Positions 1 to 11,064 of a DNA stretch of 32,339 nt are shown one piece after another. A program made the translations under genes and the position numbers. The stretch covers positions 28,104,423 through 28,136,761 of the forward strand of contig NC_068999.1 of assembly GCF_001194135.2 (NCBI RefSeq), written 5' to 3'. This DNA is from Octopus bimaculoides (lineage: Eukaryota). The stretch's first letter is position 1, and every line of letters begins with the position of its first letter. A model generated the notes under the pieces. The model did no database searches and was not told the origin of the DNA. It was given only the letters and a program-made list of their open reading frames with translations.

Positions 1-1510
1 TTCTAGCAGCTACACTTTCAGTGCACCCTCCCCCGCTACTAACTTGGTCACCTAGGTAGTGGAAGCTATCAACTACTTCTAGCTTTTCCCCCTGGAGTGT
101 GGCAAAGGTTGTTTTCTGCACATTTTCAGTGTTTATTGCTCCTGAGCACCTGCCACATACAAAAACTATCTTGCTAGTTAGCCTTCCTTTGATATTGCTG
201 CACCTCTTATGTGTCCATAGCTTACACTGAGTACATCTTATGGAGTTTCTACCTATGCCTTTTCTACAGATCGAGCAGGGCCATCTACCTGAAGGGGTTT
301 GTGTTTTGTCTACCTTCCTACTTATTAGGATTTTGGTTTTAGCTAGGTTGACTCTAAGACCCTTCAATTTTAGTTCTTGCTTTCACACCTGAAACTTCTC
401 CTCTACTTTTGATAGTGACTCAGCAATTAGGGCAAGATCATCAGTATAGAGGAGCTCCCAGGGGCATCCCGTCTTGAATTCCTCTGTTATTGCCTGGAGG
501 ACTATGATAAATAGGAGGGGGCTGAAGACTGAACTTTGGTGGACCCCTACCTCTACCCAGAATTCTTCAGTGTACTCGTTGCCAACCCTCACCTTACTGA
601 CAGCATCCCTGTACATGGCTTGCACAGCTCTCACTAACCACTCATCTATCCCTAGTTTCCTCATTGACCACCAGATAAGGGAGCGGGGGACCCTGTCAAA
701 GGCTTTCTCCATGTCAACGAAAGCCAGGTACAGAGGTTTATCTTTGGCTAGGTATTTCTCCTGCAGCTGTCTTACCAGAAATATAGCATCAGTGGTGCTT
801 TTCCCTGGAACAAACCCAAACTGCATCTCATCTAAACTAACTCTCTCCCTAATTTGTTGGGCTATAACCCTCTCGGTGACCTTCATTACCTGGTCCAACA
901 ACTTGATACCTCTGTAATTGTTTGTGTCTAAAGTGTTCACCTTTACCTTTGTAGCAGTTGACTATGGTGCTGCTACACCAGTCATTGGGTATGACTCCTT
1001 CATGTATCACCTGGTTAACTATACGGGTGACTAGGCTATAGCCGACACTGCCAGATATTTTAAGCATCTCCGCAGTGATTCCTGATGGGCCGGGAGCTTT
1101 CCCTGTCTTCATACTCTTGATCGCTTTATCTACCAAGGTACTGTCAATTAGGATAGCTGGTCCCTCTGTTGGGTCGACATGCGGAAGACTTTCTTCCTCC
1201 TATTCATTCTCTTTATTAAGCAGCCTTTCATAGTGGCTTCTCCAAACCTTTCTCTTTGCAGCCTCGTTTAGTGCAAGTGAACCATCATCCAAGCGGACAC
1301 ATTTCTTTCATACGACATCACGATTCTCTCTCACACACTGTCTTGCAACACGAAATGCTTCAAGTCTTTGGTCCTCGTGGTGCAGAACATTGGCAAATTT
1401 TTTCTGCTTCCCCTCTGGCTAAATCAACCTGTCTCCTAGCTTCCCTTCTGGCAGTCTGATACAATTCCCTGCTACCTCCGTTCTTCCAAGCCTGTTTCTT
1501 TTGTCTAAAC
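1..1510 (-). mobile_element. RTE-clade LINE, 5'-truncated ORF2 (RT) pseudogene that runs off the window start; carries a PHD-like zinc finger after the RT core
   Basis: ORFs 1360-1593, 849-1136 and 383-940 give RTE motifs (GKAPGPSGITAEMLK, NYRGIKLL, QFGFVPGKSTTDAIF, AFVDMEKAFDRV, GVHQ, LLYTDDLALIAES). The same frame continues past a TGA at 383-385 to KGLRVNLAKTK...CSIC...CTQC...HKRC...CGRC...LEVVDSFHYLGD. Frameshifts and stops are present. Confidence 0.95.
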
Positions 1511-1955
1511 ACAAATGTCACTGAATCCTGAAATGCACATAACCTAAATTCAGACAGTGTTGTTTGAAGCTGAAAAACTGGAACTAAGAGCAAGAAAGTT
1601 TAATCCTAATTTAGAAATAACTTCCAGTTTATAACGTGTTTATTTTGGGGTGTTTTTTGAGTGAATTATGATTAATATTTTCTTCCTTTAATTTATGGGT
1701 ATCATGGTAGTTAATAACTAAAGCATTTACGTTAGAATTTGATTATATTTATGATTTATTTATCATTACTTATTAATGGTTTAATTAAAGAGGGTTTGAG
1801 CTTGACAAAAATAATTACAGTAATATTTCAGCGTTATGAGTGCACGCTAATGATATAAGACGATATCAGGATTTAATGGTTCTGAGCAATGATCATAATA
1901 TAACAATGATGTTTTTGTTAGTGATGTGTAAATCCTGTAAAATGCAGCAACATAC

Positions 1956-2007
1956 CACGGAAGCCACAGACAGTAGTATCAATAAACTGCAGATAAAAGA
2001 AACCATT
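1956..2007 (-). CDS. Gene A coding exon 2 (52 nt): NGFFYLQFIDTTVCGFR, ends in phase 1
   Basis: Acceptor ggctttttttttgttcag| and donor CCGTG|gtatgt; open in phase 0 after exon 2768-2818. Protein not recognised. Confidence 0.65.
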
Positions 2008-2767
2008 CTGAACAAAAAAAAGCCAGCAATTAACAACTGGATAAAATTGAATGAGTGCCAGCAGCTATTGTAAATAACTACACCCTACTGTCACCAAGTA
2101 CCAAAAGACTCAATTCAATTTCTCCAGGCACACATGTACCTCATCCTGGCAATGATAACTCATATAACACATTCCATAGTCACACACGTAATTCAAAGAT
2201 CACACACAAGTCAGGCAAACATAATGGGCATGTAATTTATATCCTATTTTAGTAACGGTTTTCTCAAGCCAAAATATCAGGACTAATTAAATATTTCTAA
2301 GGTAAATATTTTAATAACTTTTATCGATATTGCTACTGTCTTCTATATCAGACAGATTTTCTACATAATTATTCAATGCATTAAGCAAACTACAACATTC
2401 TTCTATGACAAAGTTGTACAACTTTGTCATAGAAGAATGTGGTGATTTGTCAGATGCATTGAATTACCTAATGGCTAGCAGACTTCCTATTCTGCCACAA
2501 GCATTTAGGCCCTCCTACTAGTCTCGGAGGTGATAGGTACAGCCTTCCCTCCTGACTAAAAGTTGACTTTATTTTTTTTCATTTACGATTTCAAAAAGTA
2601 AAAAGAGCTTTTAAACTACAAGTTGCTTTTGATTCACTTTAAGAAACCTCTCCTGACGTCAAATATTTATCGCACACTGATTGTATTACATGCAAACAAA
2701 ATTAGTCGGCATTAAAATATTTAGGTAGATGAATTAATTTTATATCAGTATTTGTCATCAAGATTAC

Positions 2768-2818
2768 CTCCGTATTGTACGAAAGGATGATTGACAATTC
2801 ATTAGGTTTAAGGTTCAT
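2768..2818 (-). CDS. Gene A first coding exon (51 nt): MNLKPNELSIILSYNTE
   Basis: ATG in an A-rich context (GAAAAG ATG) with an upstream in-frame TGA; donor GGAG|gtaatc; phase 0 joins exon 1956-2007 in frame; lies at the edge of the CpG-richer region beside an ETS-like ACTTCCG. Confidence 0.55.
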
Positions 2819-4460
2819 CTTTCAACTTCCGTTTTGAGTCAAATTTAGATGAGAATGTATAATTTTCAGCACGGATTTCGAGTCACATTTCATAAAGTTT
2901 ACAAGAGTGTAAAAACATGAGAAAAGAAACAAAATTACAAAAGAAATAACAAAAAGTATGTACGTGCGCGGAGCAAAACGATAAACAAAAATACAATAGC
3001 ACAGTATAATTACACTTAACGTTTCATTTATTAGAAGAAAAAAGTTCATAAATGAGAATTTTACAATTTTTTTCAGCAAACAAATGTGATGTTGGAGTCA
3101 CTGGGCGAAACTAAAGTGTAAGTGATTATAAAAAATATTATATTAGCTATTTAAAAAATAAACTTGTCATATGTTCACTGAACTGCAATTTCTCAGAAGG
3201 TGCAATTTTAGTATTATGGACTTTGGTAAATGTCATTTGGATTTTCGAAAGTGAAATGCCAATGTCGACAACAGAAACTGCAAAAATCTAAAATATGTAA
3301 CATGTTTCAGCAAAATATATTTCACTTCATTACACATATACAATGTGACTAGTTCCAATTGAGTGTGTACGAACTTGCTTACTATAATTATTTTGACAAT
3401 CGGTCCGGCGAATCGTATTAAAATGGAGCACGAGAAATGTGACAAAACTCGTTGGAGGGAAGGGGGAGAGAAGGAAATAAATTACAACTCAGTCTGATAT
3501 TCGGTAAATAAAGGCTTATATTGAACAGAAAGAAAGTAAATACCGAACTGAATACATTACGAATAAACGTCATTTGAAACTGTAACACCTACACATTATT
3601 CAAATTTAGATCATGAATGTTATAAATTTTTGGAAGTCTGTTACGAAAAGTATGGTTTCAATGTAAAAAGGAGACGAAAATTTATTAATAAAATTATTAT
3701 AAACATATAACTCCAAAATAAAACTAAATAATTTCATATCATTAAACGTTAATAAGCTGGCACCAGAGAAAATTCAATTTTCAAAATACCCACACCTTCC
3801 AAATTTGCAGGTGTTTCTTTTTCTTTCTTTTTTTTTTTTTTTTCTCGCACAGATATTTCAAATTATCGAGATATCAGTTCATTTAATTATACAATTTTAA
3901 TAGTGATTCAATCCAATACAGCTATTTGAAGAATACTTGTTGCTGGTGGGAAGGGGTCTCGAATTAAGAAGAACGTCTACTTACCCATTTATGAATATCC
4001 CTGTTTCTTTTTATATACCTTAAAAACTAGTGATTGCAATTAAAAATTAATAAATACAAGCAGTTCAGAAGCATAAAATGAGGAAACACTGCATAATATG
4101 TTATTATCGAGATCACCAAAAATGGCGCTAAATCACGTGAATAGACAACTACTTCCTGTTTGTCAAATTAAGGGCAGATAACTGTCATTCATTCCTATCT
4201 AATTTTTTTCCTTACGAAATTAACATTGTAATTATACTAAACGAAACTGAATTATATAAAGAGTATTCATATGAAGATCTCCTGTGGCCTGAACTCATAT
4301 GTAATTGATAACGTAGCATGATGACTTTGTATCCTCGATTCTAACAAACATCGAATTTCGTGATCGTTTTTAATACTTGCACATGCGCAGTTTATAATTT
4401 ACCTTTGTTTTGATTTGGGTTGTACTTGATTCGATATCGAAATCGCTTCTTTAATAGGAA
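2800..4460. promoter_or_regulatory. Putative bidirectional promoter region
   Basis: Visibly more CpG than the flanks. YY1-like AAAATGGCG 4119-4127, E-box TCACGTGA 4133-4140, ETS ACTTCCTG 4151-4158, NRF1-like TGCACATGCGCA 4378-4389. Flanked by divergent first-exon candidates. Confidence 0.55.
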
Positions 4461-4463
4461 ATG
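4390..4463 (+). other. Candidate first exon of plus-strand gene B, ending ATG|gtaagac; downstream exons unresolved
   Basis: Strong donor directly after ATG 4461-4463, just downstream of the NRF1-like motif. The TSS position is a guess. Confidence 0.4.
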
Positions 4464-6058
4464 GTAAGACGATTTTAAAGGAATTTACTTATAGATTACT
4501 TTACTATCTGTTACTCAATTAGATTAACCAACAATATTTTAAATTTAACAGTGAGTACAGAATTACATTTTTAAACGTGAAATGTGCTGAGCCAACAACG
4601 CATCCTGTAAGCGGTCATTCGATTTGTGAGAAATATCAGCCAAATCTGCTCTAATTCACATTCTACTGCTTAAAAGAGGAATAATATATTCGATGGTATG
4701 GTGCTGGGTTTACCGTGGAAAAAATAACTGATGGTCACAACTGGAGTGCCTTTGATTATAGGTCAGATTGATAAAGACTGTCCTGGAGCGATACTGAAGC
4801 ATGCACATACACACGTATGTTATTTATTATTTTGAAGGATATGGTTTTGCAGTACACCTGCAGGGAATTACAAAATATCTGACGCACAAAAGGAGTAGGG
4901 ATGTAGGTAAACCACTTAGATGCGGATTGGAATTAATACACTGGACATCACCTACATCAGGAATGCCATCTGAGTATCACTTATAAATAAGGTGTCTTGA
5001 ACGTTATATACCAAAATTTATAGAAAGAATAATCCTGAGAATACAAATATAAGTTACGGTATGTGAAGGGATAAAATCTCATGATATGAAAGAATGCTTG
5101 TTGAATGTTTTATTAAGACTTCAATAAAATGTTAGTATAACAGACAATCGATCTGGAACAGAGAAAAGAAAATATCCACTGTAGTTGAAATCAGTTGCCC
5201 AGCAGGTGTTAACATATCACAGTGTTAATGATTAGTAAGTGAAAAGAAAACCTGCTGAACTGATTTGAAATCTATAGTTATTCTATCTAAGCTACAGCTT
5301 TAGATTTGGGGGAATATTTGACGATCTCAGGGTTTCTCAAAACCTGTGAGAACATATCTATTTAGATTACAACTGCAAGCTATCAAAGCCAGTCATAGTA
5401 TGTAAAAACATTGAAGCAGTAATAAAAGCATACACACAAACACAATATTTTTGTGTACACACGCATAAAACATACCGATCTCCACATCCAGTGGATATGA
5501 ACATATGCAAGCCTAACTAACCCGTTGATGTTTCTAAGCTGGCTCTTTCTCTATCGGTAAGAAATTTGAAATATAAAATTAGGAAAACATATACATTCCT
5601 TTCTTGGGCAAGTTTATGTCATCGTTATCATCATTTTTTAAGTCAGTTTCCCAGCTGTCATAGATTGGACGTTTTGACGTCTTGCTCCAGTGTCTCAGTT
5701 TTGACATGACTTCTGTAGCTGGATATCCTTCCCAATATCAACACGTTACAAAACAGCAGAGTATCACGAAAGCAGTGAGACAGGATGGTTGCTTTATGTC
5801 AGGTGTTGAGATCTAAAAGTACGAGAGGAGCGCGAATAGGTTTATTGTTGAGGAGATTCATACCAACCTTGCATTTTACATGGGTAGGTGGAGGTGACTG
5901 GCGCAGTGTCTGTAAGTGAAATAAATATGGTAGTGACGAGGTGCAACAATGTATCCGCAAAGTAATATAATCAAGGTGAATAGAAGAGAGCATAGATACA
6001 GAAGAACCATTTTTCATATGTGAGGTAGTGGTGTTGTAGAATTTTACTTGTTCATATT

Positions 6059-6167
6059 AATTTCCATTATATCCTTTATATTGTAACAAAATTTCATGGA
6101 TTTATTTGTAAAGTTAAGGAAGTTATTAGAAATTGAAACTCATCAGTGACTTTTGGGACACCCTGTA
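6059..6167 (-). mobile_element. Tc1/mariner-type terminal fragment ending ...GGGACACCCTG-TA
   Basis: TIR-like end plus TA; ~94% identical to the reverse complement of 6380-6488. Confidence 0.7.
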
Positions 6168-6379
6168 TTAAATTCCACAAAATTAAATTTTCTAATGTTT
6201 ACTCAAGACATCCAAACTTATGTTGTACTTGAAGTCTAAGAGAGAATTTGATCATTAGATCAACACAGGTAGCAAGATTGCAACTTTAATAGTTCAAAAG
6301 TCCAATTTTAACTTAAAACAGGTAGAATATTTGGGCTAGATATGGCCTGATTAAATGCTAAAGGGTTAAAAACAACTTG

Positions 6380-6488
6380 TACAGAGTGTCCCAAAATTCA
6401 CTGATGAGTTTCAATTTTTAATAACTTCCTTAGCTTTACAAATAAATGCATGAAATTTTGATACAATATAAAGGACATAATGGAAATT
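6380..6488 (+). mobile_element. Tc1/mariner-type terminal fragment starting TA-CAGAGTGTCCC...
   Basis: Inverted copy of 6059-6167 (7 differences in 109 bp). Confidence 0.7.
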
Positions 6489-6709
6489 GGGTTGGACTTT
6501 TGAACAGCTTATACTCATCAACTGCCAAAAACATCACTTGTTTTGTTTTGTTCATCCAAAGTGAAAACATCTCAGTTTTAATGAGTTTTCAAATTTCTGT
6601 TATGGAAATATCCATCAAAAACATAAAGCATTCTCTTGATCAAATGTCATTTGTCAAATACCACCAACTCTATACTTTTCAGAAAGTAAATCCAACAGTA
6701 TCTTTTTGT

Positions 6710-7075
6710 TTTACTTGTTTCAGTCATTAGATAGTGGTCATGCTGAGGCACTGCCTTAAAAAGTTTTGTCGAACAAATCAATCCTTTTTGAAAGTCTGGT
6801 ATTTGTTCTATTGACCTCTTTTGCCAACTTGCCAAATTACAGGGATGTAAACAAATCAATACTAGGTGTCAAGTGTGTGTGCATGTGTGGGAGTGACAAA
6901 TACAACACGCATACACATATGCAATAGGCTTCCACACAGTTTCCATCAACCAAATTCACTCACAAGGCATTGGTTAGTCTGGGGCTATAGTAAAAGACAC
7001 TTACCCAAGGTACCTTGCAGTTGGACTGAACCTGAAATCATGAGCTTGCAAAGCAAGCTTCTTAACGACAGTCAT
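6710..7075 (-). mobile_element. SINE (octopus-type family as I recall it)
   Basis: Shares blocks with 16790-17105 (ttccc/cttgcccaaggtacc..cagtgggactgaac, cactcacaaggcattgg, ctcttttgcc). Confidence 0.8.
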
Positions 7076-7459
7076 GCTAACACTGTTAGACCTTTGCAGA
7101 CCATGAGCTAAGGATAGCTTGAAGTTGATGATTGATATTTTGCTTGAATTTCCGAAGTCTGACAGGTAAACATTCATATGTATAGAAATTCAGATACAGT
7201 GCTGAGAAGGAAGTAAATAGATTTAGTATAGTGCCTTGAGTGCAAGATAGAATAAGGATAACAAAAAGAATGAAGTCCCATGCAGTAAGTAGCTTGGGAT
7301 GGGATAGTGTTAATGATAGAGTTTTGAAAAATTTAGTTAAATAAAAAGTGTTGTAACTGTTTGAATAAAAGGCATTAATTTTGTTTGATTGTTATCCTTC
7401 AGAAATGCAGTGATAGTGAAAATATCTTTTTCAGTATGTAGGACAACTAATGCTTTATT

Positions 7460-7740
7460 GAGAATCATCATCATCCAGTGTTTCAAATCCAGGAGTTAAT
7501 GGGGGTGGCCGGATCTACCTCAATGCCATAGCAACCACCTTCACACCATCTTGCTTGGTTTTGGGCGTCCTTTTTCAAACCAACCTTCCCAATCTCCTCC
7601 TCCACCTGTCCCTTCCACCTTTTCCTTGGTCTACCTTGCTTTCGTGATCCATTTACATCAAACGCAATCACCCTCCTCAGAACATGCTATTCATCCCTAC
7701 CTCAACACATGCAGTAACTATTTAAGACACAACCAAGGAA
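7460..7740 (-). mobile_element. RTE LINE 3' end fragment with (GAT)n tail
   Basis: ORF 7483-7671 GSRKQGRPRKRWKGQVEEEIGKVGL...W is the RTE C-terminal motif; catcatcatc tail near 7465. Confidence 0.8.
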
Positions 7741-8306
7741 TCCAAATCTTTGTGATGTAATCATCATAGCAAATTATTATAGTCCAGTATTTACTGATAT
7801 GTTTCACTACTGCTTTCATTGCCACTATTTCTGAGGTAGACAATTGAAACTTTTATCATAAAGGACAACCAGAGTAAGTTTTGAGAAAATCTGCTTTCAT
7901 ATATGACACACAATGATTTTAGTCCAATAAAAATTATAGTGAACCATATTAACAAAATTTTTGTGTAGCATCTAAACTGGTTTGTCTGTTTTGATCTCAA
8001 CCATCTTCACCAGCCCTACTGTCAGTTCATGCTAAAAGTGATTTTCAAATCTCAGTCCCCAAAATTTCTGGATTGCTTACTAAACGTAGAAATAATACAT
8101 TTCTAAATCTCTCAGACAGATTTATGCAGTAGTGATGTGATAAAGTAGTTGTATGCTGTCAACTTAATGTGATAGTCCCATGAAAGGAATAATACTACTG
8201 CTGTTTAGCCTAGGAAGCAGCACCGCTTCCTGTCAGCCTTGACACATTTCCTGTGTTCTTATGTTTACAAGAGGGAGACAAGCACCTCCACTTAGTTAAG
8301 CCTGCA

Positions 8307-8349
8307 TCCAGAGACATGTTTCTGAGTCTTTGCTCGTCATCAGTCTGGA
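8307..8349 (-). ncRNA. Minimal type I hammerhead ribozyme motif
   Basis: Minus strand UCCAGA-CUGAUGA-CGAG caaaga CUCA-GAAA-CAUG-UC-UCUGGA: full core, 6-bp stem I, palindromic ACAUGU stem III; C.A mismatch at the base of stem II. Confidence 0.8.
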
Positions 8350-8557
8350 GTAGCAATGGCCTGCTATTTGGAGATGCCTGTCAAGCTCTTGTAAACATAT
8401 GATAATTCTAGTGAAACACATTCACTGATTTCAAAAATAGAAATAATACATTTCTAAATCTCTCAGTGTGACTTACATGCAGTGAATGTGTTTCACTAGA
8501 ATTATTATATGTTTACGAGAGCTTGACAGGCATCTCCAACTAGCAGGCCATTGCTAC

Positions 8558-8600
8558 TCCAGACTGATGATGAGCAAAGACTCAGAAATATGTCTCTGGA
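8558..8600 (+). ncRNA. Minimal type I hammerhead ribozyme motif
   Basis: UCCAGA-CUGAUGA-UGAG caaaga CUCA-GAAA-UAUG-UC-UCUGGA: perfect 4-bp stem II and 6-bp stem I; predicted cleavage after C8594. Confidence 0.8.
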
Positions 8601-9889
8601 TGCAGGCTTAGCTAAGTGGAAGTGCTTGTCTCCCCCTTGTAAACATAAAGACACAGGAAATGTGTCAAGGCTGACAGGAAGCGGAGCTGCTTCCTAGGGC
8701 TAAATAGCAGTAGTATTATTTTCTTAATGGGACTGTCATATTAAGTTGACAGCATACAGCTACTTTACTAAACGTATATTTCCGTTTATTTTTCTCTCAT
8801 CTTTAATAGCAACAATAAATCTTATATTTTCTTTTGATGTCCAATGCTAATTGTTAATTCTGCTAACTATATAGAAATTTCATTAATTGTTCTCTAACTT
8901 CACTTTCTTAATCTAAGGTCTTCAACAATATATAGATATTTTTGCTACTGATGGTAGTTGGATGCTTAAATTTTGATACTACATTATAATTTTTAACAAC
9001 CCACATTGTTTCAGATGAAAAATAGTTACACATAGCAGTAATACATGGATGGTGATAACTGATCCAAGGAACCAGTGGGATAACTATTCAAACCATTCCT
9101 ACAAATATATGAATTTGAAAACAGTATACAAATGAATATAGCATGTCAAGATGTTAAAGATATGAAAAAAATTGTGACAAATTTTTATTCAAAGAAAGCA
9201 AATCAAGATAATATAGGTGAAAAATACAGTGAACACTATATAATCCAAATTTTACTTTTAAAATAACATTTTTATTTTAACAGTTAAATTTATTGTTTCT
9301 CAAAATTGAAAACAAGAACCACTGAATTTTTTTTTTTCTAGAATGAGTTTATTGGGTTTTTACAATCACTTAACCATTATTGTTTTATTGTCAATTTTTA
9401 ATAGTCATTTCAATTGCTTCAGGACTTTAATTTGTTTAGTTAGGAAGTTTAATCTCTGGAAGTATATTACAGGATGTAATAATGTCAATTTTATCTTGGA
9501 TACGGAACAAGTCATTAGTCAGGAGACGCATATTGTGTGATACATCCTTCAAAAGAAATAAATAAAATAATATATAAAGACAAATGATAAGTACATGGAA
9601 CTTACATTATTATAACCTTGAATGAAAAAGCTTCAGAGTACAATCAGCAAAATTCAAATCCTCTAATCCAGAGGATTAGTAAAATGAAAACTGACAAGAC
9701 TTTGTACATTATCTGCTGAACATTTGTAAACACAACTTGAGCAAACCATAATGTTACATAGGAGGCACTAAATTTTAACCGTCTCATTTCTCTTTCAGAC
9801 ATATCAACAGTGTCAACATGATAGATTCCAATCCAACTGTAAATGAAAGAGCATGTCATGCTGCTGATTCTAGCTGCCAATTATGGTGA

Positions 9890-10450
9890 ATGAATGTGGC
9901 CAAGACCTTTGTGTTCAAGGTCAAGAAAGAGCTGAGGGCCTGTAGTGGGAATATATCATCCACATCCAAGAGAAAGAAATATTCTCAGTAGCCATATTTC
10001 ATCAAGGTGACTGAGTTTAACAAGCAGGTCCAAGACATCATCAACAACCTTAGTGGGTCAATGAAGGCTACTACTGAAAAGCTCAATGAGACAGATGGTG
10101 AACAGGGATACCCAACATGATACACAAGTCATGCAGCCTCACCTCTTTCTGCAGGGCTTCAGGGTTGATACTACTGCACTGAGATGCTGGACACTGGTCA
10201 AATCTCAGATAGAGGAGCTGGGAGTGGGTGTATTCAAACAAGATTCTGTTCCCTTTCACATAACACTAATGACCCAGGAATGGCTAACCAAGAAGTTTCA
10301 AGATCAAAACTGGCTAACTCCTAATTTAACACCTCTAGAATGCTGCATTTGAAGGGTCATTGGGATAAGAGTTGGTGACCAATGGTTCCATGGTGCTAAG
10401 GATTTATAGAGGGTTGCTGTTGTAAGTGGCTGCATTAAAGCCATCATCAG
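9890..10450 (+). pseudogene. Heavily degraded Tc1/mariner-superfamily transposase fragment
   Basis: ORF 10086-10352 ends VFKQDSVPFH...TQEWL...WLTPNLTPLE, a decayed QQD.AP.H...WP..SPDLNPLD catalytic region. Confidence 0.55.
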
Positions 10451-11064
10451 GCTAAGAGCATTTTTGTTGAATGGCCTGTTTTATTGATGTATCTAGTTGA
10501 GTGTGTTATTTTTGTATTTGGTGTCTTTGGTTTTCCTTGTGTTTCGTCTTCAGTTACCTGACCCTGGTACACCATGTATTGAGTTTTTAAACACACATAA
10601 TTGCAACGAAGTAATCTTTTCTAACTATCTATCTACTTCATTTATTGTGTACACTGAGTTTTTCAATAACATTCCTTCTTTACATCAATAATATACATTT
10701 TGTCATCTCTGTTCTCATACCTTGATTATATCCTGAATATGTTTGAGTAATGGAATAAATTTATGTGATACATAATCTAGTTACATGTTACACTAAATTT
10801 AGAAAACTGGTTAGCAAAAGAGAGTGTAATTGGATTGTTTGGAAAATATTCTCTTTTGAATAGCATTTCAGATTTTATCAGTTTTCTTGTGCCTCTTCCA
10901 CAATGATTGATTACTTCTTAGCTTGTTAGTTCCATATCAGCACCTTTTGCAGCATCTCTGAAACTAGTGGGAGAAAGGAAATAGAGACAAAGATCCATGA
11001 GTTACTGCAGTAAGAAGCATCAAACTATCAAGGTATCCTTTGGCTGGAAACCTCGGCTATATGG

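Larger units (their letters stand above)
8077..8776. mobile_element. Penelope-like/retrozyme-type foldback: inverted ~287-bp arms (8141-8427 and 8480-8767), each with a hammerhead ribozyme; 12-bp direct repeats at the ends
   Basis: About 20 differences between arms by manual alignment. TTACTAAACGTA at 8077-8088 and 8765-8776. A 29-bp block at 8087-8115 is repeated at 8438-8466. Confidence 0.75.

Noticed and set aside
474-917. Long ORFs antisense to transposon/RT genes (474-917 +, 26753-27073 +, 28776-29126 +)
   Set aside because: Shadow frames of element coding sequence.
1956-2006. Alternative frame MVSFICSLLILLSVASV as a signal peptide, spliced to a putative exon near 1545-1570
   Set aside because: The other frame joins the ATG exon at 2768-2818 cleanly, and the 1545 donor (gttatg) is weak. 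Not fully excluded.
2822-3079. 85-aa two-TM-looking minus-strand ORF
   Set aside because: Non-ATG start; hydrophobicity follows from T-rich low-complexity sequence in the promoter/5' UTR region.
6395-6420. Other CTGATGA occurrences (about 6402, 15905, 25094) as hammerheads
   Set aside because: No stem II followed by GAAA and no closing stem I.
7403-7873. Candidate plus-strand exons of gene B (7403-7433 and about 7781-7873)
   Set aside because: Splice signals are plausible but no phase-consistent chain avoided early stops.
7791-8000. 69-aa hydrophobic minus-strand ORF
   Set aside because: Non-ATG start, no splice support, no recognisable motif.
9016-9260. Plus-strand exon after a good acceptor (cattgtttcag|)
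   Set aside because: Stops in all frames shortly after the acceptor; could only be UTR or non-coding.
9644-9880. 78-aa minus-strand ORF
   Set aside because: No start or splice support and no recognisable domain.
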